From a virus: a stretch of DNA of 64,000 nucleotides. The translations under genes were made by a program, and so were the position numbers. The notes beneath the pieces are model-generated. The model searched no databases. It saw nothing but the letters and a program-made list of their open reading frames with translations, and was not told the origin of the DNA. Each line of letters opens with the position of its first letter. Position 1 is the first letter of the stretch. Below are positions 25,525-34,943 of this stretch, in pieces. The stretch is from positions 96,001 through 160,000 of the IMG/VR virus record IMGVR_UViG_3300045988_184160. One strand, 5' to 3'.

Positions 25525-26874
25525 ATGCAACCTCTATTTCTCCTAGGCGGAGCATTCGTTCTGCTTGTCATTATTGTTACAGTTCTTGTTGCGACAATCA
25601 AAAAGTTCCTTATCACACCTGAGACATACAACGCTTATCTCCGGTCTTCTGGTAAGAAACTGACTGTTATCAGGAACACGCCATTCATTTTCATTCCGCT
25701 TTTCCAGCGGATCACTAAAGTGCCAACAATTAACCAGACCATTGATGAGCTTATTGTTATCTCCCCAGATAACAATAAAATCCAAACCAAAATCACATTC
25801 GATTCAGTGATCGCTGTTGGGGAAACAGATGAAGATATTAGGCGCGCGGCCACACGGTTCCCGTTCGAGAACGGTGACGCTGAAACTGAAATGGAGAAAC
25901 CTGTCGATATTGTGGCAGAAACGATCCAGAATACTTTGCGCGGGCTGGTTGCTCGTCAAACCGTCGAAGAGCTTATTGAGAATAAGGATAAGTTCGCAGA
26001 GGAAGTGTCAGCGGATGTTAGCCCCATCCTAAACAAGATGGGACTTGTCCTAGTCACCTTAACCATTAGGGAAGTTACCACCCCACCTGAGCTAAATGAC
26101 GGGCGCGATTACATTAGTGACCTTGGTGAGATTAAACGCCAAGAGCGTCGTCTTGCTTCTGAGACCGCTAAAGCTGAGACCGATTACGCGGTGAAACGGG
26201 CGCATGAAGAGTCAGAGCGTAAGAAGTCTGAGGAAGCAACTAGGACAGCTGAAACTATCGCCGCGAATGAGGCTAAAAAAGCTGTCGCACTCCAAAAAAC
26301 TGAAACCGTTCGTGCTGAGGCACAGAAAGCAACCTACCGTGCTGACGAACTAGCTAAGCAGGAGATGCTTGCCGAGTCGGATCGTATCAAGGCTGAAGGT
26401 CGCCGGCGTGCCGAGCAGGAGAAAGCTGACGAGGAAGCATACAAGAGCATCCGTGCCGCCCAAGCCGAGAAAGAGCGGGCAGAGTACCGTCTGCAAGCTG
26501 AGCAGCTTGAAGCTGAGCGTGTCAAGGTTGCTGCTGAGGCGGAAGCGGACGCGGCACGTAGTAAAGCCAAAGCGGAAGCAGAAGCTATCGCGCTCCGTGG
26601 TGAAGCTGAGGCGGAAGCCATTCAGAAGCGCGCTGACGCCGAGAAGTCGCTCAGTGACGCATCGCTGCAGGTTCAGGCGCTACAGATGTACCCTGAGGTT
26701 GTTAAGAGCGCTGCTGCAGCCCTTGGTAACACGAACATGACTGTTGTGTCCTCTGACGGGCAGTCGGGTGTCGCGGGCATGCTCGCTGAGCTTATTGGTG
26801 TCGCTAAGAACATGGATCTCGGGAAATTCACTGAGGACGCTAAGGCAGTTGTGACCTCAAACAATAAAGAATAA
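25525..26874 (+). CDS. Flotillin / SPFH (band 7) family protein
   Basis: 449 aa. N-terminal membrane anchor, SPFH-like core, then a long Ala/Glu/Lys/Arg coiled-coil repeat region (AEAEADAARSKAKAEAEAIALRGEAEAEAIQKR). Confidence 0.85.
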   Translation: MQPLFLLGGAFVLLVIIVTVLVATIKKFLITPETYNAYLRSSGKKLTVIRNTPFIFIPLFQRITKVPTINQTIDELIVISPDNNKIQTKITFDSVIAVGETDEDIRRAATRFPFENGDAETEMEKPVDIVAETIQNTLRGLVARQTVEELIENKDKFAEEVSADVSPILNKMGLVLVTLTIREVTTPPELNDGRDYISDLGEIKRQERRLASETAKAETDYAVKRAHEESERKKSEEATRTAETIAANEAKKAVALQKTETVRAEAQKATYRADELAKQEMLAESDRIKAEGRRRAEQEKADEEAYKSIRAAQAEKERAEYRLQAEQLEAERVKVAAEAEADAARSKAKAEAEAIALRGEAEAEAIQKRADAEKSLSDASLQVQALQMYPEVVKSAAAALGNTNMTVVSSDGQSGVAGMLAELIGVAKNMDLGKFTEDAKAVVTSNNKE

Positions 26875-26896
26875 CCTAGTCGCCACATAAACATGT

Positions 26897-26948
26897 GGGG
26901 CAGGTGCTAACACGGAGCAATCATGTTCCGGTAGCACCTGCCCCTTTC
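26897..26948 (+). terminator. Rho-independent terminator after the flotillin gene
   Basis: Perfect 13-bp stem GGGGCAGGTGCTA (26897..26909) / TAGCACCTGCCCC (26932..26944), then TTT. Confidence 0.6.
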
Positions 26949-26956
26949 CACATATA

Positions 26957-27802
26957 ATGGGTGACATGACAAGAATCAGACGCAACATATCGCCACTCCG
27001 CTACCCTGGGGGTAAAGCGAAACTAGCGCCGCTGGTTAGCGGGCTCGTGGAACGCAACTGGGGCACCCCACCGGTTTTGGTTGAGCCGTTCGCTGGTGGC
27101 GCTGGGCTGGGGCTGTCGCTCCTTGACGCTGGGATTATTGGCGGGTTGCATCTTAATGACCTGGATTACGGTGTTTATGCTTTCTGGTGCTCCGCATTAT
27201 GGGAAACAGAGGATTTCTGTGACATGGTGACAAATACGCCTGTGACTGTGGAAGAATGGCACCTGCAGCAGGAGAAATACCTCAACCCCAAGCAAGCCAC
27301 CCTATTGGAGGCGGGGTATGCGACGTTCTTCATGAACCGAACTAACCACTCTGGGGTGCTCACAGGCAGGCCCATAGGTGGGCTGAAACAAGATGGGAAA
27401 TACGGTATAGGGTGCCGCTACAACGCCCCTAAACTTGTGGAAAGAATCAAACATGTTGCGGGTATGCGTGACCTCATCGAGGTCACCAACCAGGACGCCA
27501 CAGAGGTTATCGCCGAGCACAATCATGCTAGTGACACGCTACTGTTCGTTGATCCCCCATACGTGGTACAGGGCAACAGCCTCTATAAGCAGACACCGTT
27601 CGGTGAAGAGCAGCACGCGCGGCTTGCTGATCAGCTTCACCAGACCACCACGCCTTGGATATTGACCTACGACAACCATCCTCTCATCACTGAAACGCTA
27701 TATGGGCAGCAGACGCAGAAAGATACGGTTCTCAGGTACAGTTTGAATAGCAGAAAACGGGAAACAGAGAAAATGATTCTTTCCCCAAACCTGAAACACT
27801 AG
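26957..27802 (+). CDS. dam: Dam-type (D12 class) N6-adenine DNA methyltransferase, orphan
   Basis: 281 aa. LRYPGGKAKLAP near the N-terminus, FAGGAG (AdoMet site), and the DPPY catalytic motif (27551..27562). No recognisable cognate endonuclease is adjacent. Confidence 0.85.
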   Translation: MGDMTRIRRNISPLRYPGGKAKLAPLVSGLVERNWGTPPVLVEPFAGGAGLGLSLLDAGIIGGLHLNDLDYGVYAFWCSALWETEDFCDMVTNTPVTVEEWHLQQEKYLNPKQATLLEAGYATFFMNRTNHSGVLTGRPIGGLKQDGKYGIGCRYNAPKLVERIKHVAGMRDLIEVTNQDATEVIAEHNHASDTLLFVDPPYVVQGNSLYKQTPFGEEQHARLADQLHQTTTPWILTYDNHPLITETLYGQQTQKDTVLRYSLNSRKRETEKMILSPNLKH

Positions 27803-27833
27803 ACTTACCGATCAACAGGAAAGGAAGAACAAC

Positions 27834-28679
27834 ATGGGCAGCATCAAACAAGCCAACGAATACAAGGCTGGGGACATTATCTTCTACAAGCACAATCCCA
27901 CCTCCGACTACGCGCCCTGCCTCGTGATCGAGCCGCCCGAAGAACGGGAACAGAAAACAGGGCGGAAGGAAATGCTGATCCACGGCATCATCCCCGAATA
28001 CTATGAGGTGAAACACGGGAACAGTACCCGCCTGTACGTGTCCTATGATGCGGAAGACCACGCGATGAAAACACCTTTAGCGCATATCGCGGTAGCGCAG
28101 CATGTGCAGGACGAATGCTACCGCCCGCGGGATGAGCGGGCAGTGTTTTTCGACCCCGACGAATACTATGTGGTACCCACCGACAGCTGGCTTATCGGTG
28201 TGTCAGGTGACGGATGGTCTGCTGGTGATAAAGAAACCGTTATTTTGAGTGATATTGACGAGACACTACCCAGCACCATTGCTGTAGTGTCTTCCCTCCC
28301 AGAAACCATCAAAAACGCTGGGGTGCGGGTCACCAAGAAACGCAACAATACTGGGACGAAACATTTCATGCGAACAATCCAGGGGATGCAGGAACGGAAA
28401 TTCTTTCCGCTGCTGCTCCCTAACCTGCTGGACGGGTTCAACCCTGGGGCGGAGGATGATAGGCACGGCACGGTTTTTGAGCATAATATCCTCGGAGTTT
28501 TCCCTAACCTCGGGTGGGTGATCACGAACGACGGTGAGGAAGCTAAACTAGTAATGCGCTGGGACGGTGAGAACGCTACCGATATTGCTGTGAAGGCGCA
28601 TAAGGATTTCAAGAAGAACACCCTAGCGGCGTCGATTAGTAAAACCGATGGTTCCGCTACCGTAACCATCAAATTCTAA
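27834..28679 (+). CDS. Hypothetical protein
   Basis: 281-aa ORF with good RBS (GGAAAGGAAG). No motif recognised. Confidence 0.6.
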   Translation: MGSIKQANEYKAGDIIFYKHNPTSDYAPCLVIEPPEEREQKTGRKEMLIHGIIPEYYEVKHGNSTRLYVSYDAEDHAMKTPLAHIAVAQHVQDECYRPRDERAVFFDPDEYYVVPTDSWLIGVSGDGWSAGDKETVILSDIDETLPSTIAVVSSLPETIKNAGVRVTKKRNNTGTKHFMRTIQGMQERKFFPLLLPNLLDGFNPGAEDDRHGTVFEHNILGVFPNLGWVITNDGEEAKLVMRWDGENATDIAVKAHKDFKKNTLAASISKTDGSATVTIKF

Positions 28680-28710
28680 AGAACAAGCCACGAAAAAGGG
28701 AGAAAACCTA

Positions 28711-29115
28711 ATGGCCGTATACATCTGCGAAGCAGACTACCCACACAGCAGCTTCGACCTAGAACTCACAGAACATAGGGACGGCACCTACGATGCGGCA
28801 TTGGGCATCATCCAGTACGACGAAAACGGTAAAGCGATCATGACTGGGGTAATCACCGATAAAAACATCACCGAAGAATCTTGCCTACCCAAGGGTGAAA
28901 TGTCAGCAATACACAAGGGAATACGGGAACTAGGCAGAAATAATACGAAGAACATTATCCTCAGCTTCCTCGAAGACGGTGGGGCAACACAAATCCGTGA
29001 AGAATACAATACAATGCGCAGGAAGTCGAAATCTTGGGAAGATACACGGAAATTCCACGTATGGGCGAACGGACTCATGCACCATATCCTTTTCGGTGAT
29101 GTACACAGTAGGTAA
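28711..29115 (+). CDS. Hypothetical protein, small family B (paralog of 41420..41809)
   Basis: 134 aa, RBS AAGGGAG. Shares TxH[RK][DN]GT..A.L...Y and [FW]LEDGG motifs with 41420..41809. Confidence 0.6.
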   Translation: MAVYICEADYPHSSFDLELTEHRDGTYDAALGIIQYDENGKAIMTGVITDKNITEESCLPKGEMSAIHKGIRELGRNNTKNIILSFLEDGGATQIREEYNTMRRKSKSWEDTRKFHVWANGLMHHILFGDVHSR

Positions 29116-29163
29116 TACTGATTCACAGTAGATATTCCCCGTATCAATAATAGAATAAACAAT

Positions 29164-29210
29164 GAAGCTTGAGTATGTTAGTAATATGCACTCAAGCTTC
29201 CTCTTTTCTC
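29164..29210 (+). terminator. Rho-independent terminator
   Basis: Perfect 11-bp stem GAAGCTTGAGT (29164..29174) / ACTCAAGCTTC (29190..29200), then CTCTTTTCTC. Confidence 0.6.
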
Positions 29211-29293
29211 CGACACCACAAAAACAAGACCCAATAAACCAGTAGGCAGGATATAATTCCTACAGGATTAACTCACCGAGTAAAGAAAGAACC

Positions 29294-31204
29294 GTGGATA
29301 CTATGGCGCAGGAACACTCCACCCCACAGAAAATTGAGTGGGCAGAATCAGCTAACCTCACCGATATTCTAGAGAAGCAACGTAAAGAACACCCTAACAG
29401 AGTGTTGTATCGCCTCAAAAGAGACACAGAGTGGGAGCCCCTAACAGCAGAGCAGTTCCATGAGCAAGTCACCCAACTAGCTAAAGGTTTGATTGCTTGG
29501 GGTGTGGAACCTGGGGACCGTATCGGCATCATGAGCCGCACCCGGTTCGAGTGGTCTCTCATTGATTTCGCTATCTGGTATGCGGGCGGCGTGTCTGTGC
29601 CGATCTATGAGACTTCCTCCGCGCATCAGGTGCACCATATAGTCACAGATTCAGGTTTACGTGCGGTGTTCGTTGAGACCGAGAAACTGGCGGTTCTCGT
29701 GGGTGAAGCGACCAGCAGTGTTGGGGGTAAACTCACCACCTGGGTTATCGAGAATGATGCTATTGACACCCTCAACACGCTCGGGGAGCCTGTAGACGAC
29801 GGGGCGTTAGAGAACGCACGCACCTCACGAGATAGCTGCAACCTAGCGACTATCGTGTACACCTCAGGGACCACAGGCGAACCAAAAGGATGCATGCTCA
29901 CCCACGGCAATTTCCTGAACCTCAGCAGTAACGCGAAACTCGCTATGAGTGAGATCGCCAACCCCAGCAACTCCACTATCCTGTTCCTACCCTTAGCCCA
30001 TGTCCTAGCCCGCACAGTGCAGATCCTCGCCCTCGACTCAGGTATGGCAGTGGGGCACGCACCCGACATTAAGAACCTCACCACTGACCTGCAGGAGTTC
30101 AAACCAACCATGCTGCTCGTTGTGCCCAGAGTGCTTGAGAAAGTGTTTGAGGGTGCAGCACTGAAAGCCAGTAAAGGCGGGCGTAGGAACGAAAACATTT
30201 TCAACAAGGCAGTAAAAGCAGCCCAGAGCTGGTCCGAACGGAAAATACGTGGACGCATCACATGGGGACCTTACCTGCAGCATAAGCTCTATGACCTGCT
30301 CGTGTACTCGAAGCTGCGGTGGGCGCTCGGTGGTAACCTAAAATACGCTGTCAGTGGTGGTGGTCCACTCAACCCTGACCTAGCGCATTTCTATCATGCT
30401 ATTGGAGTGAAAGTCCTTGAAGGATACGGACTAACGGAAACCTCAGCACCCATAACTGTTGGGTTACCCGACAAGTTCAGTGTCGGTAACGTCGGTTACC
30501 TTCTACCTGGGGCCTCTGGAAGGATCGCGGCTGACGGGGAGCTGGAAGTTAAAGGCCCCGGTGTGTTCCCTGGGTACTACCAGCACCCGAACGACACGAA
30601 AGACGCTTTCACTAGTGACGGCTGGTTCAAAACCGGTGACCTTGCAGAGTTCACAGAAGATGGTGCGTTACGGATTATTGGGCGGAAGAAAGAGATCATT
30701 GTGACCGCTGGCGGGAAGAACGTCATCCCAGCTAAAGCAGAGAACATGCTAAAGTCTTCTCCCGGTATTTCACAGGCTGTTCTTGTTGGGGACAATAAGC
30801 CGTTTGTGTCCGCACTAGTTACACTGGATCCTGATTCCCTACCCGACCAGTTGGAGCATATCGGGTTACCGAAGACTATGAGTCTGCAGGATGCTTCTGT
30901 GCACCCAAAGATCCGTGAGTACGTACAGAAAGCCGTAGATGAGGTGAACAGTTTCGTATCTAAGGCAGAGTCGATTCGCGAGTTCCGTGTCCTTCCGACT
31001 GATTTCACGGAGAAAGCGGGGCATCTGACGCCTTCGATGAAGGTGAAGCGGGTGAAGGTTTTAGAGGATTTCTCGGCGTATATTGAGGATATTTACTCTC
31101 GTGGGCGTAAAACTTTGTCCGTGAAAACACATGATGCTAAAGCAGCTGTCGCCGACCGGTTGCATAGTGTCGCGGATAGTATTTCCCCAGTAAAGGATAA
31201 GTAG
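29294..31204 (+). CDS. Long-chain fatty-acid--CoA ligase (AMP-binding family, FadD15-like)
   Basis: 636 aa. AMP-binding motifs YTSGTTGEPKG, GYGLTE, GWFKTGD and GRKKEIIVTAGGKNV. Start is GTG 29294 or ATG 29303. Confidence 0.9.
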   Translation: MDTMAQEHSTPQKIEWAESANLTDILEKQRKEHPNRVLYRLKRDTEWEPLTAEQFHEQVTQLAKGLIAWGVEPGDRIGIMSRTRFEWSLIDFAIWYAGGVSVPIYETSSAHQVHHIVTDSGLRAVFVETEKLAVLVGEATSSVGGKLTTWVIENDAIDTLNTLGEPVDDGALENARTSRDSCNLATIVYTSGTTGEPKGCMLTHGNFLNLSSNAKLAMSEIANPSNSTILFLPLAHVLARTVQILALDSGMAVGHAPDIKNLTTDLQEFKPTMLLVVPRVLEKVFEGAALKASKGGRRNENIFNKAVKAAQSWSERKIRGRITWGPYLQHKLYDLLVYSKLRWALGGNLKYAVSGGGPLNPDLAHFYHAIGVKVLEGYGLTETSAPITVGLPDKFSVGNVGYLLPGASGRIAADGELEVKGPGVFPGYYQHPNDTKDAFTSDGWFKTGDLAEFTEDGALRIIGRKKEIIVTAGGKNVIPAKAENMLKSSPGISQAVLVGDNKPFVSALVTLDPDSLPDQLEHIGLPKTMSLQDASVHPKIREYVQKAVDEVNSFVSKAESIREFRVLPTDFTEKAGHLTPSMKVKRVKVLEDFSAYIEDIYSRGRKTLSVKTHDAKAAVADRLHSVADSISPVKDK

Positions 31205-31312
31205 GAAAACAGCTGAGGTGGTGCGCTTGTCGTGTCTTTGGGATGCGCGAGCGCACCCCTTTGCTTTATCCTTATACTGAAACAGTAAACAGAAGAAAGA
31301 AATGGAACTACC

Positions 31313-31699
31313 ATGAGCAACCAAACACCCGTCCAGTTGCACTGGACGGTGCGCCCCGCCTACAAGAGCTACAGCATCAAACCCGTTATTGGTATCACTA
31401 TCAGAAACACCGCAGGGGGCACCCCCTTTATCTTAGTGAAATTCGTGAACCTAGGGCACGAAACCATCTACGACAGCACCACGGCGGACACTGGCATGGA
31501 GATGCACCTCTTCGCTGAACACACCGTCACCGAAGCTGCAACCATAATCAAGGGCACTCTCACCTCACCCCCGATGGTAGACCGTATTAATCATTTCATC
31601 GAGGAATCACGTAAACACCCAGCAGGGGAACTACTGTGTGAGGTGCAGCAAACCCTTATCGTGGGGATCCACAAGAATCTGCACAGTCCAGCCCAATAG
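31313..31699 (+). CDS. Hypothetical protein
   Basis: 128-aa ORF, first of three co-directional unknown genes. No motif recognised. Confidence 0.55.
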   Translation: MSNQTPVQLHWTVRPAYKSYSIKPVIGITIRNTAGGTPFILVKFVNLGHETIYDSTTADTGMEMHLFAEHTVTEAATIIKGTLTSPPMVDRINHFIEESRKHPAGELLCEVQQTLIVGIHKNLHSPAQ

Positions 31700-31794
31700 A
31701 AAACAAACAAGGGCACCCAAGCCGCTCACCCGCAAGTAAAGGTGGAAGTTTATATATGAAAAGAAAAAACCACCCCTATGCTAGGTGAGGAAAA

Positions 31795-32730
31795 ATGCAG
31801 GCACCCCCAAAACAGCAAACCGCAGGATACGAATCCGCCATAGTGTTAAATCTCAACACCTTACAGTCAATCGTGCCCCTACAGGAAATAAGCAGCACAC
31901 TCCCAGGGACAGTCATTAGACTATCCGCCAGAGTAGTCACCTCAACCGTGACACGCCGCATCAGCTGGGAGCTCCTAGCATGGTATGAGGGAATGTTTGA
32001 GCCTGAGGTGTGGGTATCAGACTATTTCGAAACCCACCCAGGGTACAGTGTGTGGGGTTCAACCATGCCGCAACCGAAACTAGTGTCTGGTGGGCGGAAC
32101 ACGGAGATAATCAGTGGAAGTGTCACGGAGGGAAGAATGGTAGGGCTACCCAAAACCCTGCTGCAGGTGCTATCCCTCGATGGTGTCAGCATATACGCCG
32201 AGAAACTACTGAAACATATCAGCATCGTTCGCGGTGTAGGGTATAGGCTCAACATGAAACTGCAATCAGTGGACACGCAAGAATACCTGAAATACCCCGT
32301 CACGAGCAGGGCGAAACTATCTAGGCTGATCAACGCACCGTTCCGTGACCTGCCACCAGAAGCCAGCAGGCGCATCAACGTACCGTTCATGTGCTTCACC
32401 TTCCCAGAGGACACCACACAGCAAACAGGGCACGGTGACGGGCGTATCATCCCCACTGCAGAAGGTGTCATGGGGTTCGGTGAAGCTGTGGGGCGCGGCG
32501 GTATGGAACTGAAAATACTGTCATCCCGCACATGCCACCTCGGTAACCTGAACACGGGTGTGGCATCCCCTGGGTCTTTCTACCCGTCAGGGGGCAACTA
32601 TGCGGGGCTGCAGGTGGCGTCCAAGGATTTCCGGGGCTTCGTGAACGAAGCCAACAGGTCATTCTCTTCGGGGGTTGACTACCGGATACCTATCATCGTG
32701 GCAGAGAATAATACGAAAATAGTAGCTTAG
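31795..32730 (+). CDS. Hypothetical protein
   Basis: 311-aa ORF, RBS GGTGAGG. No motif recognised. Confidence 0.6.
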   Translation: MQAPPKQQTAGYESAIVLNLNTLQSIVPLQEISSTLPGTVIRLSARVVTSTVTRRISWELLAWYEGMFEPEVWVSDYFETHPGYSVWGSTMPQPKLVSGGRNTEIISGSVTEGRMVGLPKTLLQVLSLDGVSIYAEKLLKHISIVRGVGYRLNMKLQSVDTQEYLKYPVTSRAKLSRLINAPFRDLPPEASRRINVPFMCFTFPEDTTQQTGHGDGRIIPTAEGVMGFGEAVGRGGMELKILSSRTCHLGNLNTGVASPGSFYPSGGNYAGLQVASKDFRGFVNEANRSFSSGVDYRIPIIVAENNTKIVA

Positions 32731-32749
32731 AGAAGAAAGAGGGCTTTCC

Positions 32750-33505
32750 ATGAAACCAGAAAATTACAGGTTCGTTTCACTGAAACAGGACATTCGGGAT
32801 CAGTGGGCTACCCTTGGGGTGTCCAGCAGGTCAGAGTTTAGTGTCAATACCATCATGTGGTGCAAAGGGAGTAGTATCGGATGGGAGACGCTGGTAACTA
32901 CGGTTGAAGGCAGAAGAAAAGCCCAGCACCTTATTGGGGGTGGAGCCTTTTCTTCCCCTCATGGTTGTTTCATCGTTCACCCGTGGGGTGATAAGGCAAA
33001 GAACCTTGTTGAGGTTGGTGATAACCCTAGTGGACTCCAATCGTTTTGGGATAAATCTCAAGAAATTGACGGTGTTGGTTCTAGACTCAGTGGGATTTAC
33101 AGGGCTCTCGCGTTAGATGGGTTGTCTGGGTGCGCCGAATCTTTCCCTATTGGTAGGCTGGGTGAGAAGGAACAGACCCTCACGTATTCACCCAACAGCG
33201 GGTTAGAGATTCACCGTGAGAAAGTACTGATCCCTGGGTTTGTCGGTGTCCCGTCTGATAAGGGTTTTTCTCATGCTTTGTTGTCCCCTATTTTTGCCGT
33301 GTATGGGATGGGGGTTCTGCCGTGTGTGGGGTACCTTGCTGCTGATGGTACTATCTATTGTCTTGGGGCTGATACCCATTATTATGTTGAGGATTTGAGG
33401 GATGCTGGTCTTGGTTTAGCTGCTGGTTTTAGGTTGAAAGCGGCGGAGTTACCTCCAAGGGTTGCGTTGGTGGGGGAGCTGGTTGCGCCTGTAGCTTTTT
33501 GCTGA
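32750..33505 (+). CDS. Hypothetical protein
   Basis: 251-aa ORF, RBS AGAAAGAGGG, 19 nt after the previous stop. No motif recognised. Confidence 0.6.
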   Translation: MKPENYRFVSLKQDIRDQWATLGVSSRSEFSVNTIMWCKGSSIGWETLVTTVEGRRKAQHLIGGGAFSSPHGCFIVHPWGDKAKNLVEVGDNPSGLQSFWDKSQEIDGVGSRLSGIYRALALDGLSGCAESFPIGRLGEKEQTLTYSPNSGLEIHREKVLIPGFVGVPSDKGFSHALLSPIFAVYGMGVLPCVGYLAADGTIYCLGADTHYYVEDLRDAGLGLAAGFRLKAAELPPRVALVGELVAPVAFC

Positions 33506-33547
33506 TTGGTTTTTCTGTTGGTGGAACACGCCGTATTTACTATTATT

Positions 33548-33575
33548 TTGTCTAAAAAACAACATGTGCTATTCT
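33548..33575 (+). promoter_or_regulatory. Candidate sigma70-type promoter
   Basis: TTGTCT (33548..33553), 16 nt, then TGC-TATTCT (extended -10; TATTCT at 33570..33575), about 40 nt upstream of gene 33613. Confidence 0.3.
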
Positions 33576-33612
33576 CTGTAACAGAAAGCAAAGTAAATAC
33601 GAAACCCAGTCA

Positions 33613-33849
33613 ATGAAAGGAAAAATAATGGGACTACTAATCGCAGGCGCAATCATAACCCTATGGTCATTCAGCCGATTCGCGCGGAAACCACACGCAA
33701 AAACCAGGAACTTCATCGTCTTCGGAATCGGTGCGACCCTATGGCTCTTCGGAATCCACGCCCAAGCAGGCATCCCCGGAGTACTGATCAGCCTCATCGG
33801 ACTAGCGGTAATCGGAGTCACCCGCATGCTCCGGTCACCCATCAACTAG
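33613..33849 (+). CDS. Small membrane protein
   Basis: 78 aa with two to three hydrophobic helices (GLLIAGAIITLWSF; FIVFGIGATLWLFGI; GVLISLIGLAVIGV). Confidence 0.55.
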   Translation: MKGKIMGLLIAGAIITLWSFSRFARKPHAKTRNFIVFGIGATLWLFGIHAQAGIPGVLISLIGLAVIGVTRMLRSPIN

Positions 33850-33876
33850 CCAACCAGAAGATAAGGAAAAACCCCA

Positions 33877-34806
33877 GTGAGCCACGCCAGCCTCCTCACC
33901 CTACTCGCGCTCATTAGCGTCATCACCTACCTGCGGGTAGCCCACCTCACCTGGACTAAAGAAACCCGCAACATCCTCCTCAACAACCCCATCGAGTACA
34001 GTGAAAACCCGCCCACCTACACGGCGCGAGACGCCACCGACGGGGAACATGCGGAGACCCTGCGGAGCCTCCACCAAGAATTTTGTGAAGAGCAGGCACA
34101 AAAGTACACCCTGAACAAGCTCCCACAATACCTTGAGGCCCTGCAGGAAACCCCGTCACCCCTGAAAGTCCCGAAAACACAAGACGGCATGAAGGCCGAC
34201 TACTCCCCAGGTATTTTCAGGACGCCCCTTATCATGTGGATGATGAAGAACGTCCTGCCTGTAATGTATAAGACACTGTACTGGCTGGGTTCACCATTCA
34301 TTGTGGATAGGCACGCGAAAAGGTACAAGGAGTTCTTCAATGAGAAGCAGGGTGACGCTCAGCTCATGATCCCCTATGAGGGGCGTGTAGCTTTGAAATA
34401 TGTGGGCTCCGGCGTGAAATGGGGGCTGCTGTTCCTCCCGTCAGCTGTACTGAGTGTCCTATTCGTGTGGGTCTGGTTGAAACTCCGTGAAGCCTACGTG
34501 GATAACAGCTACGCTGTGCCTGAGGGTGCTGTCGTGTACCAGCCCGCAGGCAACGACCCGTACCCGAATTATGATAGTGCTGACGAGTACCCCGTTAAGA
34601 TTGAAGAACAGCCAGAGTCCGCACCCAAAAACCAGTTTGAGGACTGGGACGCACCCACCCAAGTCATCGAGAAAGTCCCACCCCAGCCCTCAGACATGAG
34701 CGACGGTGAACCAACCGTACACATCGGTGACCCCAACGCACCTGGATTGGAAATCACTCACGAGACGTACAGTAGCGGTGTTGATGCGGGTTCTAGCGAT
34801 TTATAG
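33877..34806 (+). CDS. Membrane protein, unknown function
   Basis: 309 aa. GTG start after AAGGAAAAA. N-terminal helix and a later helix (WGLLFLPSAVLSVLFVWVWL). Acidic Pro-rich C-terminus. Confidence 0.6.
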   Translation: MSHASLLTLLALISVITYLRVAHLTWTKETRNILLNNPIEYSENPPTYTARDATDGEHAETLRSLHQEFCEEQAQKYTLNKLPQYLEALQETPSPLKVPKTQDGMKADYSPGIFRTPLIMWMMKNVLPVMYKTLYWLGSPFIVDRHAKRYKEFFNEKQGDAQLMIPYEGRVALKYVGSGVKWGLLFLPSAVLSVLFVWVWLKLREAYVDNSYAVPEGAVVYQPAGNDPYPNYDSADEYPVKIEEQPESAPKNQFEDWDAPTQVIEKVPPQPSDMSDGEPTVHIGDPNAPGLEITHETYSSGVDAGSSDL

Positions 34807-34907
34807 TCCCACAGTCTGAATAGAGTTGTGATATGTGCTCCCCATCCAACCCAATACAAGAGTTGCTTAATAGTACCCAAAAATATGGACAAACATGGAT
34901 ATGAGTT

Positions 34908-34936
34908 TTGATAAGAAGCGATTAGCACGTTATAAT
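34908..34936 (+). promoter_or_regulatory. Near-consensus promoter at the IS607-like left end
   Basis: TTGATA (34908..34913), 17 nt, TATAAT (34931..34936), 8 nt before the tnpA remnant ATG. Confidence 0.45.
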
Positions 34937-34943
34937 TGATTCC

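Noticed and set aside
26334-26621. 95-aa Ala/Ser-rich minus-strand ORF
   Set aside because: The mirror frame of the flotillin Ala/Glu repeat region.
27834-28679. Possible DpnII/MboI-type restriction endonuclease partner of the Dam methylase
   Set aside because: Size and position fit, but I see no PD-(D/E)xK or other nuclease motif and no resemblance to the DpnII sequence as I recall it. Kept as hypothetical, with the methylase called orphan.
29116-29293. Element boundary / att site between cargo genes and the housekeeping-like acyl-CoA synthetase gene
   Set aside because: No tRNA, integrase, direct repeat or composition step is visible here. Only a terminator and a TATAAT-like box (29254..29259) are seen, so I cannot call a boundary.
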